64,000 nucleotides of DNA, taken from positions 9,052,001-9,116,000 of the forward strand of contig OX597833.1 in NCBI GenBank assembly GCA_951406725.2. Reading direction: 5' to 3'. The notes below the pieces were generated by a model. That model did not search any database and had not been told where the DNA came from. It worked only from the letters and a program-made list of their open reading frames with translations. The translations under genes and the position numbers were made by a program. Source of the stretch: Octopus vulgaris (Eukaryota). Below, one piece after another: positions 47,909 through 60,020 of this stretch. Position 1 is the stretch's first letter; the number at the start of each line of letters is the position of its first letter.

Positions 47909-49059
47909 GTAAGTCCTTTCAGCCGTTGCCACTATTTGAACCTTGTATTCTCACCACTTCCTGCTCAACCATTTTGCAGATTATTATTTCATTTGTTCTC
48001 AAACCCTGAAGAAATGGGGTCGGGGCAGACCTTGTTATGGTAGACTTTAATAGAATCAGGGTTCTCTTTAAGTAATCTATCGTCATATTTAGAGTAATTA
48101 ATTATATTTAGCAGCTTTTTTTTTTTACAATATTAAAATCGTTACAGTTTAATTAGTTTAGCCTCTGATTGGATTTGAACTGCAGATCCTTATTCCTTAA
48201 TTGCTAATCTAAGGCTTCTGCTTTTTGTATCTGTTCTTTTTGTGACCTCAGCTTTGGCCATCTTGTATGGAATCTATCCACACCCCACCAAGTCTCAGAG
48301 AGACCATATAAAGGGTCATGGAGACTGCCCAACTTACTCTAATTAACATAAATTATGTGCGACATAGTTGTTGTGGTGATTCTATCATGCCCCCTCCTGT
48401 GAACAAAAAACCCAGCACAAACTGATTTGGGCCTAATGTGGAAATAGAAATGTGGTTTTGGTCCTTTCAGTGAGGGCTGTTGCTCTTCTCACATCTGAAT
48501 TGCTGTTTGCATTTGGGAGCTATTGCTTTATAATAATCCTTTTGTTAGATTAATCCATTTGGCTGAGGCTAAGCTGGAGCATTGCCAGCAGATATGTGTG
48601 TCTGTGTTTACATATTTCTAACCAGTATTTCTGTACAAATATACAGAAAAACAATAACGCATACACACATAACAGGTCCTTATGCTTTCTTTAGCTCTCT
48701 TTATGCCACCGTCTCATCTAAGCTATAAAAAGCTTTTAAATGTAAATGCAAAACCATGGTTCCTGGGGAAATATAAATCTACCCCTGGGTAAAACACTAG
48801 TCTACCAAGGCAATGTACACTGTCAGTCTATCGCAGCTAACATTCTCAGATAATCTGCTACCTAATGCTAACAGTGAACAGGAGTAATCTCCTTTTGTAG
48901 AGATTCTTTTAAATCTATGAATATATTTCACGGAAATATTACGTATCATATTTTAACTCAGAATCAGTTGTGTCTCATAAGTAAACAGTTTGTTGTAATT
49001 AAATTTTTTTCCTGAATTCTCCGTTTCTTTCAAGTTTCAATTTTTCTCCCTTAATCCAG

Positions 49060-49146
49060 CAAAGAATGTAGCATCTGATATTGCATTGAAACTCTGTGAA
49101 TCGGTTGCTGCAAAACTGGAAGGAAAAGTGCTTGGAACATTTGATA
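49060..49146 (+). CDS. SRPRA: SRPRA coding exon 9
   Basis: ttaatccag | (A)KNVASDIALKLCESVAAKLEGKVLGTFD | gtaagt; phase 1/1. Confidence 0.96.
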
Positions 49147-50844
49147 GTAAGTGTACAGAAATTGGCAAATGAATCTATTGTATTTGCTGTATGGATATGC
49201 ATGTGTGTGTATGGGTCTATGTATGTGTATTTATATGGTCATTATTATCATTCGTTTTTCCATGCTGGCATGGGTTAGCGAGTTTGATAGGAGCTGGCTC
49301 GGCAGAAGACTGCACCAGGTTTCACTGTCTGTAAGCTGGTTGATGTTAAGAAGGGCATCCAGCTGTAAAAACCCTGCCGAAACAAAGACAACCCATATAA
49401 ATATATGATGGGTACAATGTGGATAAATTATCCAGGTGGGTGCCGTATGAGCACTCAGGTATAGTCTAGGCTCAGGCCAACTGCATCAAGTAGTAAAAAG
49501 CACCAAGGATTACTTACAGTGATAATCCCACTAATCTATTCAACGAGTAAATCCTGGGCTTGCTTCACTGGATTATGAATATTTTAGGGAGTGTAAATCC
49601 AAAACAAAGAAAATGAACATTGGTACATCTTCATATTTGTTTTAGCTTTGTTATTACAGTTAATTATACAGTGTAATTAGTTTAAACGACCAACACATGT
49701 TTCTACTACTTAGAGAATTTGAAGTTACATTTGCTCCGGCTATTTTCAGTGATGCACCTTCCTTCAGGGTCTGTCCACAAATGTGGTTTGAAGCAAACTG
49801 ATTTTACTGATGAATTTTGTTACTTTGCTATGGTTTAAGAAATAAGAAAGTGAAGGGGAGACTTAGAAACTGGATGGGGCTATAAAAATTTACTTTGTAT
49901 AAGACCCCATTTGACCTTAGTTTAAGGATGAACCTGAGTCATAACCCTTTTAAGTAGATCAAAGTATTTATGTTAGTGTTTTGTACAACAGCTTGGTATT
50001 AACTTGGATTAAAGAAAGATAAAAATAAATTAAATTCTGTCAGATTAGATTAGATACCTGTGATATAAGAAGCTTATGATGTCAAGATGAACATTTCTCT
50101 GTAATCAGTTTCTGTGCAGTGTCTACGTTTCCTGTATGTGTTGCTTTGATTTTTAAAATGAATATTTTAATTTAGTGAGAATATCAACAGCTATTTGAAA
50201 GTCAAACCAGATATTTTCCTGACATTTAACCCTTAAATTCAGAGATCTCCCATTTGTGTAGTGGATACTAAACTATAGAAATATTTAAGGGACTTCCCAT
50301 GCAAATGCAGACATCTTAAGGCCTGTTCCAGTCTAATTATGCAACTGGTATTTAGCTGTAAAAATCTTGAAAATTTCCTCCAGGCACAAGTTGCATTTTT
50401 TGCTTCCTATTACACGAGGTACAGCTATGCTAATTTTTTCCCATTCTAGACTAAAGCTAGCATTCCTATCCTTCCTTACACCAATGTAGATGTAGGAATC
50501 TCCTTCTGATCTTATCTTACATCAGTGGACTGAATTTCTCCTTGTACATTTGTTATTTAAGGGATGAGTTCTTATTTTTATCACAACTACAAAGAACAGC
50601 CTTAGTGGGGGTGTGTAACGACTGAGCACACTCGGACAACCATTTATGGCTGAAATGACCAGAAATAGTCAAGAGGTCACTTCCAGTATGAATGGCAAAA
50701 GCAGGAAGGAAACAGTGAAAGGGGCCTGTGTGTACCTGCTTATTAGTTTGTATGCAGAAGTTACCTGAAGCTTTATCAAGACAATATTCATAAGCATGTC
50801 ATTAACAGTGTCTGTGTGTCTTATAAACATTTCAATTATTTAAG

Positions 50845-51017
50845 GTATCACAACGACAGTGAAAAATACCCTGAATGAATCCTGTGTTCAAATTCTGTCA
50901 CCCAGGAGACGAATTGATATCCTTCGTGATGCAATGGAAGCAAAACAACAGCGCCGTCCTTACTGCATCACATTTTGTGGTGTTAATGGCGTTGGCAAGT
51001 CAACTAATTTGGCCAAG
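50845..51017 (+). CDS. SRPRA: SRPRA coding exon 10 (G1/P-loop)
   Basis: tatttaag | (S)ITTTVKNTLNESCVQILSPRRRIDILRD...FCGVNGVGKSTNLAK | gtaaat; phase 1/0. Confidence 0.97.
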
Positions 51018-51310
51018 GTAAATCTTTTTCATCTCATCATTTTTCTTAACGAACTTTCATCTTCAGACTAACATAAACTGTGAATGGTGTCATGTGATCT
51101 GCTGCTGTCAAAACAAAGATTTTTTTTTCTTTAATTATTTTTATTAAAAAAGAAAATGACTCGTTAACTGTAAATTTTCTTTATAAATTTTCCTCTAATT
51201 TTTTTCTCCAGACAGTATTGTATGATTTGAAGGAGATTTAGCTGTCCTCCCACCTTGTTGGTTTGTTCATGCAAGGATTGAACTCAGTGCCTGTCTGCTC
51301 ATTTTTTTAG

Positions 51311-51524
51311 GTGGGATTTTGGTTGGTCGAGAATGGTCTGCGTGTCCTGATCGCTGCCTGTGATACATTCCGTGCAGGGGCAGTGGAACAGTTGCGCACT
51401 CACACACGTAAACTGAATGCACTTCATTCTCCTGAAATGCATGGTGGCGTTCAAATGGTGCAGTTGTATGAGAAGGGATATGGAAAAGATGCTGCCAGCA
51501 TCGCAATGGAGGCAATCAACTTTG
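51311..51524 (+). CDS. SRPRA: SRPRA coding exon 11 (G2, DTFRAGA)
   Basis: tttttag | [31 protein letters not shown]...[18 protein letters not shown] | gtaagt; phase 0/1. Confidence 0.98.
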
Positions 51525-51587
51525 GTAAGTTACTTCCAGATTTGTTTTCTCTTTTTTTTTTGAGAAAGAAGAGATTCCACCCCATCA

Positions 51588-51860
51588 TCATTACACACCT
51601 CCACTTTGGCTGTTCTATCGCTACCTTCCCATCCCGTCATTACACACCTCCACTATGGCTGTTCTATCGCTACCTTCCCATCCAGTCATTACACACCTCC
51701 ACTATGGCTGTTCTATCGCTACCTTCCCATCCCGTCATTACACACCTCCACTATGGCTGTTCTATTGCTACCTTCCCATCCCGTCATTACACACCTCCAC
51801 TATGGCTGTTCTATTGCTACCTTCCCATCCCGTCATCACACACCTCCACTTTGGCTGTTC
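51588..51860. repeat. 49-bp minisatellite (about 5.5 copies) in SRPRA intron 11
   Basis: Unit cattacacacctccactatggctgttctatcgctaccttcccatcccgt; ORF-track starts are offset by 49 (51606, 51655). Confidence 0.95.
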
Positions 51861-52969
51861 TGTTAGTGCTTCCCTGATTGTGGGTGGTTGAGGGGGTCAT
51901 GGGTTCAATCTTGGTTTCAGCTAGTCTATTGTATCCTTGATCAAAGTACTTCATCTCTCCTCGTGTAGCCTTCTGTCCCCCTACCTGCCCTATCTTTGAT
52001 AGTCTGTTGAGTTCTGGATGGCAGACCTGTGTCTTTACTATGGAGGCACCTTAAAGCAATTATTGAAAGTACGGCACATACTACCAGGTCAAAGTCTCTT
52101 TGGGTTACTGCTGCCCCCAAGTCAACACAAGAAATATAAAAGGTATTTCAATCATGACCACCACTGCTCTGACTGCATCAGTTGTTGTGTGGGTTGCTCT
52201 AACTGTTACTCAGGTAACAACTGTAACCTCTATCCTATTGCATTATTATTCATGTAACCTGTTCCAAAAACTTAAACTGTCAACAACTTTGGTCTTGCAT
52301 CTCAGTCCAGTTTCCAATAGACTTCTCTCTCTTCTATAAATGGTTGCTAACAACAAAACCAGTTCTAACAAGGACATGACTGATTGGTTGAGTTTGGAAT
52401 CTTAAAAAGAAATTTTATTATGACCGATGAGGTCAAACATAAAATATTATGATATTCCAAAATTAATGTGAATCATTATTTACTGAGGATTTCATTAAAA
52501 AATAAACATTATTATAAAGATCAGTTAAAGCTAAAATTTATGATAGAAATTACAGAATTGTTGTCTTTGGGTTCACTCAAAGAACTGCATTTATTTTGGG
52601 TGAATATCATCTGATTTGGGTTTTTGTTATACAATTCTTAATATTGGTTTTAGAATCTTTCTTTCTGATGTATTATTTATCCTAATTTGTGGTCTGCTTT
52701 GAATTCTTACAACCATCATCTGGTCAAACTTTTGTCTGGTTAAAGTCATTTAATTTCTGGTGTAAAAATTGATGATGATGCTGATGATAGTGGCAATTGC
52801 AGTTTCATAATTTTAGGACCAGAAATTTGTGTGGTTTTGGGTTTGGCAAATGAGATTGACTTCAGTACTTGATAGGGCCTTCATTTATTGACCCTGAAAG
52901 GTAGAGTGGACCATAGCAGAATTTGAATTCAGTTTGTAAAGAGATGGAAGAGATACCAGGACCAGCCAA

Positions 52970-54070
52970 CATTCAGAATGTGTCTCAGATATCTCTAATG
53001 GAAGCACTCAAAGACCCGTAAAGGGTCCACGTCTCACATGAGTAAAGGAACGACATCAGTACACATGCAGGGTCCACAGCAACTTGAATCACCTTGTAAT
53101 ACCATGTCAGGACCAGGCACAAAACTTAAGAGCACTAAAGGAATTAGTTGCTTTCTGAAGACTTTAAAATATTTCATCATCCAAGGAGCAAGAATGGCTG
53201 AGTGTGCTGCCCTAACAGACAGAATTATCTACCATTTTCAGAACTTATGTCACCAAGCTTAGGCCGCAACATTACAACGGTCTTGTCGAAATGCTTTACA
53301 AGATGCAGAAATATGATCCTTAAGAATTTGCACATCTTCAACTGTATGAGCAACTAAGTTGCAATCAGCTGCATAAAGGTCATGAAAAAGAAACTGAAAC
53401 TCTTTTGAATTGGCATCAAATCTATGCAAGTTGAAGAGACAACCAGAAGATTTGTGTCTTACATATTCTTCCGTAAGAACAATCCACAGCAAAAACACGA
53501 GTGAAAATAACAATGAAACAAAAGAAAAAGAGAATCGGGACGAAGATGGTGGCTGGCTTAACATGATTCTCTACAGGAATGGGTTTCACCAGACCCTTGC
53601 CAACAATGACCTCTGCCTCCATCCTATCATGAACTGATTTAATTATTGATAGAAAGTGACCCAAATTTGCTGAGTATTGAACACAGGGAGGCTCTGTTTA
53701 CAGTATCAAAGGCCTTTGTTAAATCAATAAAAATCTGGACAAGATGCATGTTCTGTTCATAGCACTTTTCCTGCATTTGGCAAACTGTGAAGAATCCCTT
53801 CTGTTGCTCTTCTACAAGAACAGTAGCCTCCTCATTGAGATTCTGAAGAGGATGCCATTTACAAGGTGTTTATTGAGGCATGGAAGAATACTTGCCAGAA
53901 CCTTTCACAGTAAATCAACACCTCTCTGGTTACCACAATTTATTATTCTGACTCCCTTTCCTGTATAGAGAGACAAGTTAATTGCATCCTTTGAGTCATT
54001 AGGAACAGTCCCCCCCCCCACTTCCCTCCAGCTACACTAATAATCTTGTGAAGATTGTGTGTGATGCAAC
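52970..54070 (-). mobile_element. Old RTE-BovB-type LINE fragment
   Basis: SVHDRMEAEV...PIPVENHVK, SSGCLFNLHRF, LYAADCNLVAHTVEDVQIL...SASCKAF and FLYSCETWTLY are decayed versions of BovB-type FHDGM, DGKLFNLRRL, LFADDCALVAHT and LYGCETWT. Confidence 0.75.
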
Positions 54071-54723
54071 CCCTGGCAAAACACAAATTCCCATGAATCA
54101 GAGGAAGTTTATTGAGTCAGAAGGTCTTTCTTGTCACCAACCCCCACCTGTTCCCAAGTAATGCCCCCCCCCCGGGTCAGGTATGTCTCCACAGAATACT
54201 GAACATAGATGACATTGCTTGTATAAAAACAGTGACAATCATTTACAACCATCCCAAGATGTCAAAGCAAGGAGACGTGCACACACAGGATATTCTTTCA
54301 GTTTCTGTCTTCCAAATCCGTTCACAAAGCTTTGGTTCGCTCAGGGCTCGAGTAGAAGACACTTGCTCGTGGTGCCAAGCAGAATGACTGATCTTGAAAT
54401 CATATGGCTGGGATGCAAACACCCCTATAATAATAATTCTTTCAACTCTAGGCACAAGGCCTGAAATTTGGGGGTTGGGGGTAGTCAATGACATTGACCC
54501 CGTACTCAACTGGTACTTCATTTATCATAACAACAACATGAACAACAGCAATATTTTTTAAATGGCTCCTGGCTACATAATCTGTGAGAAACTTCTGTTT
54601 GACTGTCAGGCGTGGCTCTAAGAGTTTCGCATGGAAGAAGCTGGAGAGTTTGTTGTTGCGTGTGTTTGAAGCTGTGTACAAGTTATTTGTATTTGAAGAT
54701 TTCTTGAAATCTTTTCTTTGAAG

Positions 54724-54809
54724 CTCGTGACAATCGTATCGATGTTGTCCTTATTGATACTGCTGGGAGAATGCAAGACAATGTTCCATTGATGAAAGCT
54801 TTGGCAAAA
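54724..54809 (+). CDS. SRPRA: SRPRA coding exon 12 (G3, DTAGR)
   Basis: ctttgaag | (A)[28 protein letters not shown] | gtaagt; phase 1/0. Confidence 0.97.
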
Positions 54810-55561
54810 GTAAGTAGCTTTTTTCTTCATTCTTTATGAAATGATTCACCAATTTCTTGACTGTCTTTCAAATGTCTCTGGTATATTGATGTCTTCACCA
54901 AAAACAAAAAAAAGATACTAGCTAATGTATAAAAACAAATGGTTACAATTCCTAGTCAAAGTGAAAAACTGAAATCATAGCACCTGGTACTTGTACAAAA
55001 TTCTCAGCATTGCAACTTTAAATATGCGTCAAGTAATCTTTACTTGTGAAAAAGTGTTGGTCGCAGATTCTTGATCCGTTGCCTCAGCAGTAAAATCTCA
55101 GCTCGAAAACCAATTCCTATATTTTGTTACAGAAAATATATTTACGTTCCATGGCTGCTGTTAACGTACACGATAAGCATGGATCGACATAGACTGCTTG
55201 ATTAGGTGTGGGCCAACAGCCGTCAGATGTTGGGGAGATGTATGTGGGTGCAGTAAACTTAGATTTGCCCAGTCAATGCAAGACCGAAATATTTAATCCG
55301 TTAAATGGGGTTAAAACTTAAGAAAATCCTTGTAAGGAATGGTTTTATTAAACAGTGTCACTTTTGTTCCACTGTGCCATTTGTGATGATCAAAACAGGC
55401 AGCTTTACCAAAGAATTTAATTCCTTGATTTCGGGTTAATTACGTAAACCCTTGAACCTCCAGTGTTTTAGTTTTGCGGTTCCACGTGAATTCATCTTCC
55501 TTTTCTAAACTGACGGAGTTCAAGGTTTCATTTAATTTTCTATTTTGCTTCTGTCCTACAG

Positions 55562-55738
55562 CTAATTAAAGTGAACCAGCCGGATCTGGTTCTGTTTGTT
55601 GGAGAGGCTCTGGTTGGAAACGAAGCTGTTGATCAGCTGACCAAATTTAACCAGGCTTTGGCAGATAATTCGAATATGGCTAATCCACGTCTAATTGATG
55701 GGATCATCCTTACAAAGTTTGATACCATTGATGATAAG
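55562..55738 (+). CDS. SRPRA: SRPRA coding exon 13 (G4, TKFD)
   Basis: gtcctacag | [33 protein letters not shown]...[15 protein letters not shown] | gttggt; phase 0/0. Confidence 0.98.
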
Positions 55739-56192
55739 GTTGGTAGAGAGAAGCTTCTTTTGTCATTCATAACATTTTTTTTTAGATATTTACTGCTTTA
55801 CTTTCTCCAAATGCTTAGGTTTGCTGGGCACAGCGGACATTTCGTAGAATGTGCAGGAAAAGTGAAGAGGTGGAGTGTGGAAGGAACGGATGAGAAGGGC
55901 GTGTGGTGGGGTGGAGAGGAGGAGTGTCTTTTAAAAGTTACTCATAATCCATTTCTTGAGCCTGGGATTAGAAACCTTGTTTTCTTCCATGACAATGTTC
56001 GACAGTTGCTATGCATTGTGTCAGAGCCTTTGTGTCTCTTGGAAATGCATGAGAGTCACAACATCCCTTGTTCCTTTTTCATCCAGCACGTCATGCTTTA
56101 CACGGAAGCTGTACATGTTTATTTGACCAGCTAGTAATAACAGTTTAATCTCTTTCAAATCACAATTGTTTTAAAAAGAGGGAAATCCTCCT

Positions 56193-56620
56193 CATTTAGC
56201 GTCCATTGTCCATACTGGCATGGGTTGGACGGTTCGACCAAGGCTGGAAGGCTGCACCAGACTCCAGCCTGATTTGGCATGGTTTTCTACAGCTGGTTGC
56301 CCTTCTTAATGCCAACCACTCTAAGAGTGTCACTGGCACAGGTGCCATTTGGATGACACCAGTATCTGTCACGATTGTGATTTTGCTTGGCTTGATGGGT
56401 CTTCTGAAGCACGACATAATGCCAAAGGCCATTGCCTCTGAGAGGCCCAACATACGAAAGGTGCTTTACATGTGCCAATGGCATTGGCTACCTTGGCTCC
56501 ATGAGGCCCAACACTTGAAAAGTGCTTTTTATGTGCCAATGGCATGGGTACCAGATACATGACACCAGCCACAACTAAGATTTCACTTGGCTTGACGGGT
56601 CTTCTCAAGCACAGCAAATT
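56193..56620 (-). mobile_element. RTE/SINE 3' tail with repeated gtgcc..ggca modules
   Basis: catttagcgtcc...ggcatgggttggacggtt...cccttcttaatgccaaccactc, as in the 41041 element 3'UTR. Confidence 0.75.
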
Positions 56621-56891
56621 ACAGCCAAATTTGAAATGAAACATTCAATTCAAAATATGTGGTCATAACTGGAATGTCTTTGACCAGCTGTGAGCTACTG
56701 AATCACAGCTGATCTGGGCCTAACCAACATCATCATCATCATCAATAACTTTGTTAATGAAGAAGACTAATGTAGTCTAATGGATCCTTGTGAGTTAGCT
56801 TTATGGCCCCAAGCTTATAAGGGTCACATGATATGAAACTGTGTGTGTCCCTGCTGGATAATAAGTAATGATCTTTTTCTTTCAATTTCAG

Positions 56892-57020
56892 GTGGGAGCT
56901 GCCATCTCTATGACCTACACTACAGGTCAACCAATTGTGTTTGTGGGCACAGGTCAGACATACACTGACCTCAGGAATCTCAATACCAAAGCTGTTGTCC
57001 AGGCTCTACTCAAGGCTTAA
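56892..57020 (+). CDS. SRPRA: SRPRA coding exon 14 (G5, stop)
   Basis: aatttcag | [45 protein letters not shown]. Total CDS is 1935 nt, 644 aa. Confidence 0.98.
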   Translation: MGAAISMTYTTGQPIVFVGTGQTYTDLRNLNTKAVVQALLKA

Positions 57021-57482
57021 ATCAAACAACAACAACAACAACAGCAACATACTGAGGTCACTGGGTGCATTATTCACTTGGTTGTTTCATGTTTTTGTAG
57101 AGACTTTTCTAGAGATTCTATTAACTGCCTGACACCACATTCACACATCTTTACATACATGCACACACACACACACACAACAGTCTTTCTCCCCCCCCCT
57201 CTCTCTTTATATATATATATATGCATACACCCCCCACATACACATCTACACACACACACACACACACACACACGATTATGGATTTCTTTCTACTGGCTGG
57301 CATTGGAAGCAGATTTCTTCTGTAAATCAAAAGTTGAGAAAATCCTTTTGATTGGATTCACACTTCAAGATGAAAACTGTACAAAAGTGTGTGTGTGTGT
57401 GTGTGTGTGTGCCTCTATAAGTTAAGTTATGCTGATAAAACCTGGAGTAGAAGTTTGTTATTAAAATCTATAATTTTTATTA

Positions 57483-57488
57483 AATAAA
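57483..57488 (+). terminator. Candidate SRPRA polyadenylation signal
   Basis: AATAAA about 460 nt after the stop (ATTAAA at 57460), followed by a T/GT-rich tract. Confidence 0.6.
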
Positions 57489-57577
57489 AGTAAAAAAACG
57501 AAAATTTGTTATGTTTTATGTATATATGCAACATATATATACTTACTTACACACATACATATACATATATATATATA

Positions 57578-57618
<41 letters not shown>

Positions 57619-57837
57619 TGAAGGTTGTAACATGGACACAGTTTCTCCTTAATAAGGAATAATTTGGAATAGCTGGGTAGCTTAGTTTTTAAACCAGCAG
57701 CATCCCTCTGTATTGGGGGTACTTGCCCCACTGGGTGGAGCATGGTGATATTTTGGTGGGTCACCTTTTGTACACGATACCAATAAGAGAAAGGGAGCAA
57801 TTCGAAAATGAGTTTTAAAAAAAAATTCTTTGCACCC

Positions 57838-57964
57838 CCCCCTTTCGGTGGGTTTGTCGGGTTTGACACTTTAGAGACATCAGATCTTTACAACAAATTG
57901 TCCAACTAATAAAAGGATTTGATGTCTCTAAAGTGTCGAATTTGGTAAAATGTTTGCTGAGGGG
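57838..57964 (+). repeat. Long imperfect inverted repeat/hairpin
   Basis: Core arms tttgacactttagagacatcagatcttt (57862) and aaggatttgatgtctctaaagtgtcgaa (to 57940); extendable to about 50 bp with G-T/U pairs. Confidence 0.85.
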
Positions 57965-59884
57965 ATGTGGGGAATATTTTGATTTAGTGGTATATGAAAA
58001 CGTGTAGGTAATTAATTACAAACACTTATTGTGTGTGATTCCTACACGTTTTTTTTTACACCCGTTGCACTATTTTTTTATTTTTGCTTCCAGGTAATGT
58101 TGTAATCCAAATTTTGAATAACAAAAATTAAATATCAGAAGGGGGCATCAGGATTTTAGAAATGATTTGGTGGGGCATAGCCAAAAGTCAGTTGGGAACC
58201 ACCTGCTTTCTATATATTGAAATTATCATCTTGCACAACTTGTGATTTTCATTATTACAGAATATCAATTTAATCTTTACTCCCAATGTGTGAAACAAAC
58301 GGCTGACCAAAAAAGCCCGAAAACAAACCTGCATGCTTTGGAATAAACTTACAAAAAGGACTCTGGACAAGTAAAGGGTTAAAAGTTTTATTCAATTCTA
58401 TCAATTAATTTTATTGATCTCTGATTATTGAATGGTTAATTTACCCTTTCATGTAAAAGGACACCACTTGATGCAGTTTCCATATTGTATTTGCTTGGCT
58501 GTGGTCAACCCAAAGCTGCAGTGGAAAACACTCGCCCAAACTGTTCAGAAGAGGGATTGAACCAGGAACCAGGTGGTTACTCAGCAAACTTGACCAAGAG
58601 ATGCTCGTCCTTTTTTTCTTTCTTTTTCTTTTTTCAACCAATAGAATTTACTTTTCGGTTACTTAAGGCATTTAATTCCTTCCATAAAACTCCCCGTTTC
58701 TTTGATGTCCTTCATCGTAATACAATCATACATGAAAATTCCAACATGTTTTACATAGAAATGCTTTAAGATATTCTTTCTAATTTTGGCATAAAGCCTG
58801 CAATTTAAGGGTGAGAGAAGGGGGCAAGTCTGACTGGTACTTCATTTTATTAACCCCGAAAGGATGAAGGGCAATGCTGACCCTAGAAGGATTTGAAATT
58901 GAGTTTTGTTTATAAAACATATCCCAAACACCAGCTTCATAATCTTCTGAAGTACTTGACTATTTTTTGGAAAATTAACTCAACACAGAGGTTGGTGTAT
59001 TTTGTTAGTAACAAGGCTATGAAAGGGTTAATCTGTTCAGGAAAGATTAAATTAAATAATTCAGAAACTACAAATACCCTTCCTTGTTAATTTGTATCCG
59101 TTCTTCCAATACTGGCAGAGGTTGAACAAATCTCACAGCATTTCCCCACAGGGTGTGGCCCTTTATTTCGCACCCAGAACTAGAGCTACCTTAGCAGCTT
59201 TATAGCTACTTCAACCCCAGGAAAATCAATGCACTGGGCCCTATGGTATCTTTTATTGACAACAAGCCACAACATACATAGATCAGAATTGGGGTTCCTG
59301 AGCCTCTGTCCAGGTTATCCATACCTCAAGATGGTCCTGCACAGAATAATAGAAAAACCCAACAATCTATTTCATGTTGTTTCTATGTTTTTAAGAAAGC
59401 TTTTTGAAAATGGTTGCTCTTCCCTTCATTCACTCAACAGCAAGCACTAGCTGTATTTTAGTGAGCGACTGGCACCAGAGATGAAAGGGATCTGCTCCAA
59501 CCTTTAGCAGTATTTTTAGCCAGAGTTACATACAGTTCTTCTAAGCAAGTTGCCTGCAAAATTCAGGCCTCCTCTGGTTGGTATATTCTTTTGAGGACTT
59601 TTTTTTTTCTTACAGTTGCACGCTTTTATCACAGTCATGAGCACACTGCAGCCTGTGGGGCTTTCTGAGTGATATGTCCAATGAAAAATATGCATATATA
59701 TATATATGCATGATGATGATGATTATATATATATATATATATATATTTATGCATATGTTTATGTTTGTTTTCCAGTTTCAGCTCGAGCTGTGGCCATGCT
59801 GGGGCACTGCCATTTGGTGTTGCTACATGATTTTACCTCACGAATGCTTTTTAGCAACTGCCATTTGGTGCATGAGAGAGTTTG

Positions 59885-60020
59885 GTGATCGGAGTATTGG
59901 GATGCGTATTGGACAGTTTCACGGAGTGTACCGATAAAACTGGAAATGGTGCAAGGTTGCAAGTCATACAGAAGGCAGCACTTCTTGGGAGAGCAAAGGT
60001 TTTAAGGAAAGTCTTTGTCT
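59885..60020 (+). mobile_element. R4/Dong-like non-LTR element C-terminal fragment
   Basis: VIGVLGCV...RLQVIQKAALLGRAKVLRKVF resembles the VVGALG...QKTALLGTARILRKVL terminus of R4/Dong ORFs. Confidence 0.65.

Noticed and set aside
55739-56134. C-terminal extension of ORF 55571..56134 as coding
   Set aside because: SRPRA homology stops at DTIDDK with a GT donor and resumes in exon 14; the rest is intron read-through.
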